Source: Roseibacillus sp. (GTDB lineage Bacteria; Verrucomicrobiota; Verrucomicrobiia; Verrucomicrobiales; Akkermansiaceae). From it: a DNA stretch of 64,000 nucleotides. Positions 9,906 to 20,487 of the stretch are shown piece by piece. The notes below the pieces were generated by a model. That model was not told the origin of the DNA and ran no database searches. It saw only the letters and a list, made by a program, of their open reading frames with translations. The position numbers and the translations under genes were made by a program. Location: the NCBI GenBank assembly GCA_965242925.1, contig CBDEUM010000013.1, positions 160,001 to 224,000 on the forward strand. The letters run 5' to 3'. How positions within the stretch are numbered: position 1 is the first letter of the stretch; the number at the start of each line of letters is the position of its first letter.

Positions 9906-10862
9906 TTACGCCCCGCCCACTCCAAAACGGAACGGATCCAGGGGATCAACGACCAGAGTAGACTCTGCGTTGACCCAGGCCGATCCGCTGATCCTCGGGA
10001 TTACCATGCCATTATCCAGCGGCCTCACTGATCCTTCGAACACGGTGCCAAGGATGCTGGCCTGCCGCCAGATCCGGTCCACCGCCAGGTCCCCGTCGGC
10101 ATACAGGCAGGCCAGTTTCGCACTCGTACCCGTTCCGCACGGCGAACGGTCATACTCCCTGCCGGGGCACAGAACGAAATTCCTGCTGTCTGCCACCCCG
10201 GGATCATCCGGCGGACCGAATACTTCGATGTGGTCTATTTCACCACCCTCTCTGCCGGTGATCTTGTTCTTCACCAGAACCTGCCGCACCGCCCAGGTGA
10301 AATCGGTGAGCGCCTCGATATTCTCAGGTGACACCTTCGGACCCTGGTCCTTGATCAGGAAAAACCAATTTCCTCCCCATGCCACCTCGCCGGTCACCAT
10401 GCCCCACTCCGGCACCTCCACGGACACCTCCCTGGCATGGCGGTAACTTGCCACGTTCTCCACCGAGACGCGCCCGTGATCGTGCAGTTGCACTTCCACC
10501 ACACCCACCGGAGTTTCGATTCGATGCTCCCCGGGCGAGAGCCGTCCAAGGTGAGCGAGGGTGACTGTCACCCCGATAGTCCCGTGCACACAGCCCTGCA
10601 GCAATCCCACATTGTTGAAGAAGATCACGCCCGTGGCACAATCCGGCTCGCTTGGTTCGCAGAGGATTGCGCCCACCATCGCATCGTAACCCCGCGGCTC
10701 GTTGACACAGGCGGTCCGCACCCAGTCGTGCTCCCTGCCCAGGCGTTCGCGCTTCTCCGCCACCGAACCCTCCCCAAGATCGGGACCCCCCTCGACCACC
10801 ACCCGCGTGGGCTCTCCCGCGGTGTGGGAGTCAATCACGCGCAACTTTCGGATGCCGGTCAT
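9906..10862 (-). CDS. lhpA: Proline racemase family 4-hydroxyproline 2-epimerase
   Basis: [11 protein letters not shown], first catalytic Cys in GCVHGTIG, second in [18 protein letters not shown]. Confidence 0.88.
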   Translation of the reverse strand: MTGIRKLRVIDSHTAGEPTRVVVEGGPDLGEGSVAEKRERLGREHDWVRTACVNEPRGYDAMVGAILCEPSEPDCATGVIFFNNVGLLQGCVHGTIGVTVTLAHLGRLSPGEHRIETPVGVVEVQLHDHGRVSVENVASYRHAREVSVEVPEWGMVTGEVAWGGNWFFLIKDQGPKVSPENIEALTDFTWAVRQVLVKNKITGREGGEIDHIEVFGPPDDPGVADSRNFVLCPGREYDRSPCGTGTSAKLACLYADGDLAVDRIWRQASILGTVFEGSVRPLDNGMVIPRISGSAWVNAESTLVVDPLDPFRFGVGGA

Positions 10863-10953
10863 GAAAGGTATCTGAATGATGATCGGCGGGGAGTCAAATC
10901 TGTCGATCGCTCGCGAGACCTGTCATACGGGAGAGACATCGTCCACCAGCTGT

Positions 10954-12189
10954 TCATGCAAAGCGATCCACCGCCAGCTGATCCACCGGAATCGTTGGGG
11001 ACCGGCCAGCCACCAGCTCGGCCACCAGCTTCCCGGTGATCGGCCCCATACTGAGCCCCAGCATGGCGTGTCCGCCCGCCACCAGCACCTTTTCTCTTCC
11101 CTCCACCCGCCCCAGGTAGGGCAGGCCGTCGGGTGAACAGGGTCTCAATCCGGACCAGCGTTTCACTCCCTCGAATTCACCGGGAGTCAATCCGGGAAAC
11201 ATCCGACAGGCCGCCTTGATGATTCCCTGCACCCTCCGCTCGTTGATTGAAAGGTCATTCCCGCAGATCTCCATCGTCCCCGCTACCCTCAGAGAGCCTC
11301 CCATCGGAGTGATGGCCACCCGGGCCTCTCCCAGCAGGGAGCAGAGTCGAGGCAGGGTCGACGGATTATTCAAGGTCAGAGAGTAGCCCTTCCCTCCCTG
11401 CAGGGGAATCCGGGTCTTCAGCGACCGGGCCATGGAGTCGGTCCAGGCTCCTCCTGCCACAATCACTTCTGCGCCGGCCAGTTCCTCTCCACTCTCCAGC
11501 TGAACAGTCCCATCTCCAACCCCCTGCACCACACAATGATAGCGAAACTGGGCCCCCATCTTCACCGCGGCTTCCTTCAATCCCTGCAGAAATCTCCCCG
11601 GATCGAGATGACAGTCCTGCTCATACCAGATTCCTCCCCGCGCCTTCATCCCAACATCCGGATCGAGCTCCCCCAACCGATCCGGATCGCACACCTCCAC
11701 CCGTAGACCCAGCTCCCCGGCCCTGGCCGCCAGTTCCACTTCCTCCTTCAGCAACTCTTCGGTCTCGCACAGTATGAGGAGGCCCCGCCGCTGCAGACCG
11801 AAGTCGAATTCTCCCGCCAGATCCTTGAATAATTCGCGGCTCGCAAGCTGGAGGTCACGCAGCAGTTGCGCACTGGCAGTCACGTGCTTGGCATTGGCGT
11901 GTAACATGAAGGCCAGCCCCCAGCGGGCCAGCTCAAGGCTCAAGCGAGGACGCACGTAAAACGGACTCTCCGCATCGAGCAGCCACTTCAATCCCTGAGT
12001 GACAACCCCGGGCGCGGCCAGAGGCGTGAAGTGGCTGGGGACCACCATTCCTGCATTCTCCCGCGAACAATTATTCCCATTTCCCGCCTCCCGCTCCAGC
12101 ACCAGAACCTCCCGTCCCTCCCGGGACAGATGGTAGGCACAGCACATGCCGATGACTCCCCCTCCGACGATGATCACCCGTTCCTTCAC
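10954..12189 (-). CDS. FAD-dependent D-amino acid dehydrogenase (DadA-like, probable D-hydroxyproline dehydrogenase)
   Basis: VIIVGGGVIG FAD motif, SRENAG, GKGYS, WSGLRPCSPDGLPYLG, GHAMLG; start placed at GTG 12189. Confidence 0.85.
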   Translation of the reverse strand: MKERVIIVGGGVIGMCCAYHLSREGREVLVLEREAGNGNNCSRENAGMVVPSHFTPLAAPGVVTQGLKWLLDAESPFYVRPRLSLELARWGLAFMLHANAKHVTASAQLLRDLQLASRELFKDLAGEFDFGLQRRGLLILCETEELLKEEVELAARAGELGLRVEVCDPDRLGELDPDVGMKARGGIWYEQDCHLDPGRFLQGLKEAAVKMGAQFRYHCVVQGVGDGTVQLESGEELAGAEVIVAGGAWTDSMARSLKTRIPLQGGKGYSLTLNNPSTLPRLCSLLGEARVAITPMGGSLRVAGTMEICGNDLSINERRVQGIIKAACRMFPGLTPGEFEGVKRWSGLRPCSPDGLPYLGRVEGREKVLVAGGHAMLGLSMGPITGKLVAELVAGRSPTIPVDQLAVDRFA

Positions 12190-12308
12190 GGAGCGAACTC
12201 TACCGGGATCTCTCGCGAGAGCCAAGAGCACCCCTGCATTCTCCTTTGACTTTCGCCTTCTCCTCCCCTTTTATTATGATATTCAGAATTTCAATCTTCC
12301 CTAGCGAA

Positions 12309-12914
12309 ATGATGCCGCTCCATCCCTGGCTTCGTTCTTTCATCCCGGCCGCCCTGGTCCTGCTGGCTCCCCACACCCGGGCCGGAAAACCGGAATTCGC
12401 CACCCTCGACATGGCAAGGGCCTTCCAGTCCTACCATCTGACGGTCGTGGCGCGAGCCAAGGTGCAGGAGGCCCGCAAGACCCTGCAGAAGGACCCGCGC
12501 AGCGAGACCATCAAACTCCTCGATGTGGAGCTCAAGGACCTCAAGACGCAGATACAGAATCCCTCCTTCACCGAGGAACAGCGCCGGGAATACTACCGCC
12601 GCTACGTGACGAAGAACCACGAGCGCACCTCCCTCAGGCGCGAGCACGAGCAATACCTTCAGGAACAGCGCAATCTCATCAACAGGGACATGGTCAGGAC
12701 GACTCGCGCGTTGCTGGGCGATGTCCGGACGATCGTGCAGGAGATCGCAGAAGAGGAGGGCTTCGACCACGTCTTCGAAGTGAGCGGCGAGACCAGCTCC
12801 CAGCTCTCCACCCTCATCTACATTCGCCATGCCACCGATCTCACCGATCGTGTGATCAAGGAGCTCAACAAGAAGCAGTCAAAGGAAAAGGTGCCGACCA
12901 ACTCCGGCGGGTGA
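12309..12914 (+). CDS. OmpH/Skp-family periplasmic chaperone
   Basis: Signal peptide, FATLDM, long coiled coil, IAEEEGFDHVFE, DLTDRVIKELN. Confidence 0.8.
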   Translation: MMPLHPWLRSFIPAALVLLAPHTRAGKPEFATLDMARAFQSYHLTVVARAKVQEARKTLQKDPRSETIKLLDVELKDLKTQIQNPSFTEEQRREYYRRYVTKNHERTSLRREHEQYLQEQRNLINRDMVRTTRALLGDVRTIVQEIAEEEGFDHVFEVSGETSSQLSTLIYIRHATDLTDRVIKELNKKQSKEKVPTNSGG

Positions 12915-12961
12915 CCTGGTCAGCCCTTACTTCCGGCCATTCGTGATGGTTATGCCCGAAA

Positions 12962-14011
12962 TCACTCCTCGTCTACGGTCTCGTCCCGCTGGTAGATCGG
13001 AAGCTGCCGATAGGGCACCGTGAAGGCCAGCACCATGGTGGCCGTCCCATAAACCCGGCCCGCCTCACGGCTGTACCAGGATCCGTCCTCCTGCTGCTTG
13101 GGAAGGTAGGATTTGTACATCCAGTCGGCGTAGGTTTCCCAGTATTTGCCGCCCAGCTGGAACATCCCCTGGGCCGAATAATAATTCCCGTAGAACTCGA
13201 ACTGGTTATTGGAGAGCCGACGGTGGTTACGCAGGACGAAATCACCGGCCTTGATCGTGGCGGGTTTGCCGTGCTCGCCGCAGAGTTCCAGGCAAAGCAA
13301 CCCCATTCCGGTGAGCGACTCCTTGTGACTGGTGCGGTTGGAGTAACCAAATGTGCCCAGACGGTCATCGTAGTGGCGGTAGAGATACTCGACCGCATCC
13401 TTGATCGCGCGGTCGGGAACCGCGGCCCCGTTCAGTTTTGCCGAACGCAGGGCCATGAGGGCCCAGCCGCTGCAAGAGGTGTCACTGTCCCGCGATCCGG
13501 GATGATACCGCCACCCTCCCTGGTACTGGGGGGACTTGGGAACGCGCTGGGCACGGAGAATCAAGTGAAGCGCGCGGGAGAGAGCCTCCTTGATGGCCTT
13601 TTGCCGTTCCGGATCCACCATCCCGGAGACCTCGGAGAGGAAAAGGGTGCTGATGTTATGGGCATACATCGGCCCGCTTCCAGCGTGGCCGGCCACAAAG
13701 AGACCACTGCGATCCTGATGCTTCAGGACGTAGTCGATACAGCGGTTGATGTTGCTGGCGTAGGGGCCTTCCGTGGGCATATGCCCCTTGGAGAGAAAGG
13801 CCATGCCCACCAGCGAGGGAATACCCGTAGAAGTTCCGTAGTTCTCCGGGAAACTGCCGTTGCGCTCCTGCGCCCGGGCAAGGAACTGCAAGCCACGCTC
13901 CACCGAGGGATCCACCTTGCTTTGCCACTCCGAAAAGACCGTTCTGGGCACCTCCTGGGCCACCGTGCTCCAAGAGAGAAGCAGCACCCCGCTAACCACT
14001 CTGACAAACAT
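12962..14011 (-). CDS. Exported prenyltransferase/squalene-oxidase-repeat (terpene cyclase-like alpha-barrel) protein
   Basis: Start ATG 14011 with signal peptide; QW-type repeats GLQFLARAQERNGSF, QGGWRY, DTSCSGWALMAL, QQEDGSW. Confidence 0.85.
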   Translation of the reverse strand: MFVRVVSGVLLLSWSTVAQEVPRTVFSEWQSKVDPSVERGLQFLARAQERNGSFPENYGTSTGIPSLVGMAFLSKGHMPTEGPYASNINRCIDYVLKHQDRSGLFVAGHAGSGPMYAHNISTLFLSEVSGMVDPERQKAIKEALSRALHLILRAQRVPKSPQYQGGWRYHPGSRDSDTSCSGWALMALRSAKLNGAAVPDRAIKDAVEYLYRHYDDRLGTFGYSNRTSHKESLTGMGLLCLELCGEHGKPATIKAGDFVLRNHRRLSNNQFEFYGNYYSAQGMFQLGGKYWETYADWMYKSYLPKQQEDGSWYSREAGRVYGTATMVLAFTVPYRQLPIYQRDETVDEE

Positions 14012-14061
14012 TCCTCTCACAATAAATCTATTCCGAATTTTGGACCCCTGATCACCAGTCA

Positions 14062-17000
14062 CTACTCTCCCCCCCTTGCCACCTCCTGAAAATAGCGTTT
14101 TACCAGTCCACGGTAATCTTCGGGCACTCCGGCTGCACCGGCCCCTCCCACATCCGAGCGCAGAATCTCCTTGAGCTTTTCCCAGTCCTTGGCGCTCACA
14201 CCCAGCTTGGCCAGTTCGGGTGGCACGCCAGGATCGGCCTGGGCCTGCCGGATCCCTTCCTGCGGTTCCTGGCCCGGTTCCTGGCCCGGTTCCTGGCCCG
14301 GTTGACCTGGCCCGGTTGACCGGGCTGCTGACCGGGTTGCTGACCGGGTTGCTGCCCACTCTGCATCGCCTGCATCGCTTGTTGGGCCGCTTGCGAGAGA
14401 GCCTGAGCCGCCTGCTGCGAGGCCTGTGACTGCTGACCTGCACTCTCGGCCTGCGAGGCCTGCGCGGCAGCCTGCTGCGCTTCCGCCAGAGCCTCTCCCG
14501 TACCGGGAAGTTGATTGGGGCTGGGCTCTTGCCCGGCGGCCTGCTGCGCCTGCTCGGCAAACTGCTGCGCGGCCTGATCAAGCGCCTGAGCCGCCTTGTC
14601 AAAACTCTCAGAAGCCTGCGCATGCTGCTGGGCGGCAGCCTGGGACTGTCCCTGCTGTCCGGATTGTGCAGCCTGCGAGGCCTGCTGGCTTCCCTGCTGA
14701 GCCTGCTGAGAGGCTTGGGCCATCTCTCCGGATGGACCATTCAACTGGGGCAGGTCCTGGATCGCTTCTGCCAGCGCAGCCGCCTCCGCCGCCTGTAACT
14801 CCTGCACGGCTTGGAGAGCCTGATCGATATCTCCCGCCGCCAGCGATTCGAGGGCTTCCGCAATCTCGGCCTGACGTTGCGCCAGATCGGCAAGTTCCGG
14901 ATCAGCCAAGTCGCCCTGTCCCGGCTGCTGGCCTTCGCCGGGCTGTTGTCCTTCGCCGGGCTGTTGTCCTTCGCCGGGCTGTTGTCCTTCGCCGGGCTGC
15001 TGTCCTTCGCCGGGCTGCTGTCCTTCCCCGGGCTGCTCTCCTTCGCCGGGCTGCTGTCCTTCCCCGGGCTGCTGTCCTTCCGGGCTGCAGGCCTTCACCG
15101 GGCTGTTGTCCTTCACCGGGCTGTTGTCCTTCACCGGGCTGCTCGCCTTCACCGGGCTGTTGTCCTTCACCGGGCTGCTCGCCTTCACCGGGCTGCTCGC
15201 CTTCACCAGGCTGCTCCCCTTCACCAGGCTGCTCCCCTTCACCAGGCTGCTCCCCTTCACCAGGCTGCTCCCCTTCACCAGGCTGCTCCCCTTCACCAGG
15301 CTGCTCCCCTTCACCAGGCTGCTCCCCTTCGCCGGGCTGCTGGCCACGCTCTTCGCTGGGCAGAGCCAAATCGGCCAGCGACTCAGCAGTTTCGTTCGCG
15401 ATCTCTGCCGCGGCTTCCCCCAGGTCCTCTTCGATTGACTCCAGCGTATCCTGCGCTTGGGCAACTGCCTCCGGAAGAAGATTGGCGCGCTCCTCCAGGT
15501 TAGAACGGGCTTCCGCAAGCTGTTCTCGTGCCTCCTCCACAATCTCGGCCTGCTCGGCCTGGAGTTGCTGCCGGATCTGCTCCGCCAGCTCCTGTTGTGC
15601 TTCGTTGAGCTGGGGTTGACCTTCCTGGGGTTGACCTTCCTGGGGCTGACCTTCCTGGGGCTGACCTTCCTGGGGCTGACCTTCCTGGGGCTGACCTTCC
15701 TGGGGCTGGTCCTCCTGCGCTCCCAATTGCGCTTCGGCGGCATCGGCCAGGTTCTCCTGGCGTTCGGACAACTCAGAGGCCTGCTCGGCAAGCTCGGCGG
15801 CAGCATCGGCTTGATCCTGGAGAACCTCCGCCCGCGCTTCCGGGTTCTGGTTGATCTGCTGTTCGAGGGCAGCCTGCACCTGTTCCTGGGCCTGCTGGAT
15901 CTGCTGATTCGCCTCGGCCTCTGCTCCCTGCTGCTGCTCGTTGTTGGCAGCCTGACGCGCAATCTCGTTCTCCCGCTGCGCCAATTCGTTCAGTTGAGCC
16001 AGCTGCTCAAGGCGTCCTTCGTCCTGCTGGACGGCCTGCTGAATGGCCTGCAACTGCTCAATGGCCTCCTCCGCCGCCTCCCGGGCCTGGTCCAGCTCCT
16101 CCTCCCGGCCCTCCGGCGTATCCTGCAACGGAGTATCCTCCAGGCGCTCCCGTGATTCGTTAACCTCCTGTGCGGCCTCACGCACGTCCTCCGCCCGGGC
16201 CGCCTGCACCCCATTCTCCATCCGCTCGGCCAGTTCATTGAGCTGTTCGTGAGCGTTAGCCAGCTTCTCCCGGGCCTCCGCCAAGTGCTTCTCAGCCTGC
16301 TCGGAAAGCTCATCCTTCTTCACCTCTTCCTTGTGCCACTCCATGCGATCCTTGGCCTCCCTTACTTCCTTTATGGCCTCCGCAATGGTCTCACGCACGT
16401 CGCTCTGTTGCGCCCGGATCTCCTGGCGGGCCAGCGACTCCGCATTGCGATCGATCTTGATGATGAGCCACTCCGAACGTCCCACATTGGCCCCCCCCAG
16501 GGACTCCGGCAGGTTGTCGGTCACCACCACCGCCATGCGCAGTTCGTCAGCGTTCTTGTATTTTTCGGTGAGAGCACCGAGCGAGACCAGTTCCTCGCCC
16601 CGCCAGATTGGCTTGGCACTCAGGGCGTCCTGTTCCGGCACCGCGGCCGGCAAAGGGTCCACCGTGCTCCCGTTGACCAGCAGCTCCACCGCTGCGGCAT
16701 TCACCCCGAAATCTTCCAAGACTTCGTATTCCAGTCGCACCTGTTCGTCCGGCCGCAGGCGCAATTCCGCCTGGGTGGGAGCAAGTAGCACCACCTTGGG
16801 AGCGATATCCTGCACCACCTTGACCGGGAAACGCAATCCCTCGATCTCGCGACCCAGCTCGTGGTGGAGCATCACCTGGCCGAGGCCACCCTTCTCCGGT
16901 TCAAGCGTCCAGTTGACGGACACCCTGGTTCCGTCCGCTCCGGGGTCGAGGCCCACTGTTCCCACTTCCTTGCCATCCAGGAGGAATCGTCCGCGCACCA

Positions 17001-17994
17001 CTCCCGTGGTAGTGGTGCCCTTCACCGTGATCGTCGATCCCCCCAGGGCGGAAACGCCGCTTTCGAGCGGACGTTCCTGCCGGGATTGATCGGTGTATTC
17101 CGGGAAATCGACTACAACCTTCACCTTCCCGATGCGTGGCAACGACGCCACCGTGACGTCGTATCCATCGCTCTGGGCTTTTCCGACCTGTGCAAAGTAG
17201 TGGAAACTGTCCTTGGCCGCGGGCAGGCGATACTCGAACCGGCTGACGCCGTCTTCCACCCCGGCCCGCTTGAGCGTTTCGGTGAGCGTCTCCTCTCCCT
17301 CCCGTTCCATGATGAGGGAAAGCTCCTCCACCTTGGAGTCGGAGTACTTGACGGTGATCTTCACCTCGTCTCCTGCCAGGACCTCAATGTCCTCGGGATC
17401 GATGCTGAAGCGGACCGCTCCGGCATTTCCAAGATCGCTGAAGGGCGCAACCGCCCGGACCAGGAGGCGTTGGGCCTCCCCGGGAAAAATCACGAAGACC
17501 AGGATGAAGACGGTCGCCAACCCGGTCGCCGGCCAGAGCCAGCGCTTGGCGCGGCGGGCCCGCACCTCGGTGGTGGGATCCACTTCCTTGACGTCCCCCT
17601 GCGCCTCCACCACGAGTTCCTTCAGGAGAACTTCCGAGACCCCTCCCCTGGAATCGCTGGACAGTTCCAGGGCAGTGCTGACCCGCTCCTGGATTTCCGG
17701 GTGCCGGGTTTCCAGCCATCGCGCGATCTGCACCAGCGTGATGCGCCCCCCAAGGGGCTTCACGAACCAGGTCCTGATCGCCCAGAGCGCCCCCACCACG
17801 ATGGATCCCAGCAGGACCCAGCTCACCACCACCGGCAACGGAGCAAAGACCAGGTGGGCGGCCATGGAGAGGAGGAGCCCCCCCAGCACGACAGTTGCCA
17901 CCGCAGCCAAACCTCGGAGAACCTGCATGCGGCGCACCCGTCCCAGGAGGGCTTGCAGGGGCTTGACAATCTCCCGGGGAAGTTTCGTACTCAT
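14062..17994 (-). CDS. Large membrane-anchored coiled-coil protein (DUF4175-like, about 1310 aa) with Q/G/P-rich repeats; two compensating frameshifts (~15082 and ~14305)
   Basis: N-terminal TM helices, ERVSTALE, Ig-like region, EDFGV, coiled coils; a third frame gives the C-terminus ...VPEDYRGLVKRYFQEVARGGE*; start and final stop are in the same frame. Confidence 0.75.
14262..14356 (-). repeat. 12-bp tandem repeat encoding PGQQ/PGQE
   Basis: Repeated ggttcctggccc and accgggytgctg units. Confidence 0.8.
14925..15340 (-). repeat. 18-bp coding tandem repeat, about 23 copies, encoding PGEG(E/Q)Q
   Basis: Units such as ccttcaccaggctgctcc and ccttcgccgggctgttgt; one unit at ~15080 is 2 nt short. 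Confidence 0.95.
15611..15706 (-). repeat. 15-bp coding tandem repeat, about 6 copies, encoding PQEGQ
   Basis: Repeated tggggytgaccttcc. Confidence 0.9.
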
Positions 17995-18063
17995 TGGATG
18001 ATAGTGGTTGAGAGGATGAAGGCAGACGCCGAGCGCGTCCGCATCTCTGGAAGGTCGAATATA

Positions 18064-20487
18064 CTACGGAAGTCCACTCCGTCTTCTAATAACCCATTCT
18101 GAAGTTAATAGCGCACAAAACAAGACCAAGAGGGCCCAATGATCCCAGAGCCGGGTCTCCCGGAGTTCCTCGCGGGTCTCCTCCCCCGTCAAAAACAGGC
18201 CAGCCAGCTGCCCGGCCTCCTCCGGGGCCACCACGCGCCCACCCGAGAGCTCGGCCAGGGTGTCCAGCAGCGGCCGGTTCAGCGTAGTCTCGGAAAGCTC
18301 CACCGGGCTCATGGACCCCACCACCCGGAAGGCCGTGGAAACTCCTCCCTCCCCGTCCGCTTCCAGAAGATCGCTGGCCTTCTTGCCCACCAGCTTGATC
18401 TGGTAATCCCCCGATCCGGGGAACGGCCCCGCCTGCGCCTTGTGGAGCCCCGGGGAACCCTCGACGTAACGCATCTGGACGGTGACCAGTTTCTCGCCGT
18501 CCCGCCATACCTCGGCCTTGAGGGATTCGTCCTTCACCGGATTTTTCTCCACATCCCAGAGCCGGGCCGTGATCTGTAACTTGTCGTCGCCGGTGTAACT
18601 CAGGTGATCGGTCCCGAGCCGCACCGAGGCGGTGCCCGAACGCAGGTTGGGACCAGCCCCCCAGCGCACGAGCTGACCCCAGAACCGGTGGTGATAGATA
18701 TCGCCCACACCCTCCCGCAACCGCCACGACCGGTCGGTCAACAACATGGCCACCTTGCCATTGCCAACCTGCTGTGCGACCAGAATAGCATTCCTGGCCT
18801 CCCGCTCCTTCCGTTGCGCCAGACGTGAGAGCGCATTGCTGAGATCATCCGCGTTGTTCACCGAGACCTCCCCGTCCTCTTCGCCGGAGGCCACCACCAG
18901 GACGCTGGCGCCCTCCTTCACGCCTTCCACCGGGTGTCGCCAGCGGAACTCCGGGAACTCCCCCCACAAACGCTCGTTTTCAAGACGGCTGTCCGACTGC
19001 GCGGTGATCGGGTGGTTGCGCCCCTCGGCAGTGAGGATGAGACGATAGGGTGGCTCTTTCGTTCCGAAGAAGGTCCGCCGGCTCGGGGTGTAGTTAACCG
19101 GGAGGAGCTTACGCGCGATCCCCGACTCGATGGCGTGCGGCATGTGCCGGGGACCCGCGATGGCGACAAGGAAGGCGGCCCGCTCGGTCACGCAGCTCTC
19201 GATGGTCTGCCAGGTGTTTTCTCCGATGGCTTCCGGCGGCACGTCCCCGATGATGATGACGTCAAACTTGCGCCATTCTTCCTCGCTCTCGGGCAACCGG
19301 GTGGCCTGGGCATCACCGAACTTCCGCGCGGCCGAGGCGGGAACGGGGGCCACTTGCTGCCCCAGGATCGAATCCGGCTCCAGGAGGACATATTGCAGGT
19401 GGATCGACTTGTCCCGACCATAGAAGAGGTTGCGCAGGTAGCGGAACTCCCAGCGCGGATGGGAATCCACGATGAGCACATTGGTGCGGGCATCGGTGAT
19501 AGCGGTCTCGAACTGCCAGCTGTTGTTCCTGTCAAAGAACTCCTCCCCGAGGTTCTCCAGTTCCACCGTGTAGGCGTTGATTCCGTCCTCCTCCGGAACA
19601 TCGTTGAAGCGCACCTCCTCGCGGTGATGGTCCTGGGGAATGGAGATCACCTGCTCCTGGACAATCTCGTCCCCTTTTTTCAGGAGCACCTTGGCACGGC
19701 GTCCCCGGTATCCGTCGAACTTCAGGACGGTGGCCACCCGCAGGCGATCCCCGAGGTAAATGGCATCTGGCGAACGCACCTCCAGGATGGCAGCGTCCCG
19801 GGGCGGCGTCTCACTTCCGATTCCCACCACCCCGATGGGGGCATCCAGGATTCCGAAGCGCCGCGCGATGTCTTCGACCCGACCCGGACGGTTGTGCCGG
19901 CCATCGGTCACCATCACGAGACCCGCCAGATTGTCCGGCGGAACCTGTTCCAGCACGGTGCTCATGGCCTTGGCCAGGTCCGTGGCCTGGTCCCATCCTT
20001 CCGCGGCTTCCTCGCCCTCGCTCAGGGTCTTGCGCGCCGCCCGGATAATACGCACGCCCACCTTGCCCTTGAGTTCCTCAAAGAGGCCGCTCTCATTGAT
20101 GGCATCCTTCGAAATATCATAGCGCGATGCCGTCTGTCCCGGGTCAACCAGGTCCATGGAGGCCGAGTCATCCATCACCACGATGACTTCCTGCTCCAGT
20201 TCACGGTTCACCTTCCGGCTGAAGACCGGCTGGAGAAGCATCCAGACCAGGGCGACCAGGGCCAGCAGGCGCAGGGCGGTCAACCAACGCCCCTTGGTCC
20301 GTCCCACCGCACTCTGCTCGTAGCGGTAGAGAAAGATAATGCACTCGACCGCCACCGCCATGATCAGCGCGATGGTCCAGAGCGGCCAGCCGGTACCAAG
20401 ATGGAACACCTTGCGCAGCAGCTCCATCAGTCCCCAGGTCGCCGCAAAGACGAGCGATCCACGGATCATCATCAATCCTGCACTCAT
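18064..20487 (-). CDS. Membrane protein with VWA-like and glutamine-amidotransferase-like domains
   Basis: LTALRLLAL TM, VMDDSASM, VMVTDGRHN, PRWEFRYLRN, FDVIIIGDV, FWGQLVRW, EWVIRRRSGL. Confidence 0.8.
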   Translation of the reverse strand: MSAGLMMIRGSLVFAATWGLMELLRKVFHLGTGWPLWTIALIMAVAVECIIFLYRYEQSAVGRTKGRWLTALRLLALVALVWMLLQPVFSRKVNRELEQEVIVVMDDSASMDLVDPGQTASRYDISKDAINESGLFEELKGKVGVRIIRAARKTLSEGEEAAEGWDQATDLAKAMSTVLEQVPPDNLAGLVMVTDGRHNRPGRVEDIARRFGILDAPIGVVGIGSETPPRDAAILEVRSPDAIYLGDRLRVATVLKFDGYRGRRAKVLLKKGDEIVQEQVISIPQDHHREEVRFNDVPEEDGINAYTVELENLGEEFFDRNNSWQFETAITDARTNVLIVDSHPRWEFRYLRNLFYGRDKSIHLQYVLLEPDSILGQQVAPVPASAARKFGDAQATRLPESEEEWRKFDVIIIGDVPPEAIGENTWQTIESCVTERAAFLVAIAGPRHMPHAIESGIARKLLPVNYTPSRRTFFGTKEPPYRLILTAEGRNHPITAQSDSRLENERLWGEFPEFRWRHPVEGVKEGASVLVVASGEEDGEVSVNNADDLSNALSRLAQRKEREARNAILVAQQVGNGKVAMLLTDRSWRLREGVGDIYHHRFWGQLVRWGAGPNLRSGTASVRLGTDHLSYTGDDKLQITARLWDVEKNPVKDESLKAEVWRDGEKLVTVQMRYVEGSPGLHKAQAGPFPGSGDYQIKLVGKKASDLLEADGEGGVSTAFRVVGSMSPVELSETTLNRPLLDTLAELSGGRVVAPEEAGQLAGLFLTGEETREELRETRLWDHWALLVLFCALLTSEWVIRRRSGLP

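Noticed and set aside
14012..14740. N-terminal extension of the 592-aa ORF
   Set aside because: Out-of-frame read of the upstream gene tail; a signal-peptide-bearing start at 14011 fits better
14925..15340. Regular repeat array as a CRISPR
   Set aside because: Units are contiguous 18-mers with no unique spacers, in frame inside a CDS, and no cas genes are nearby
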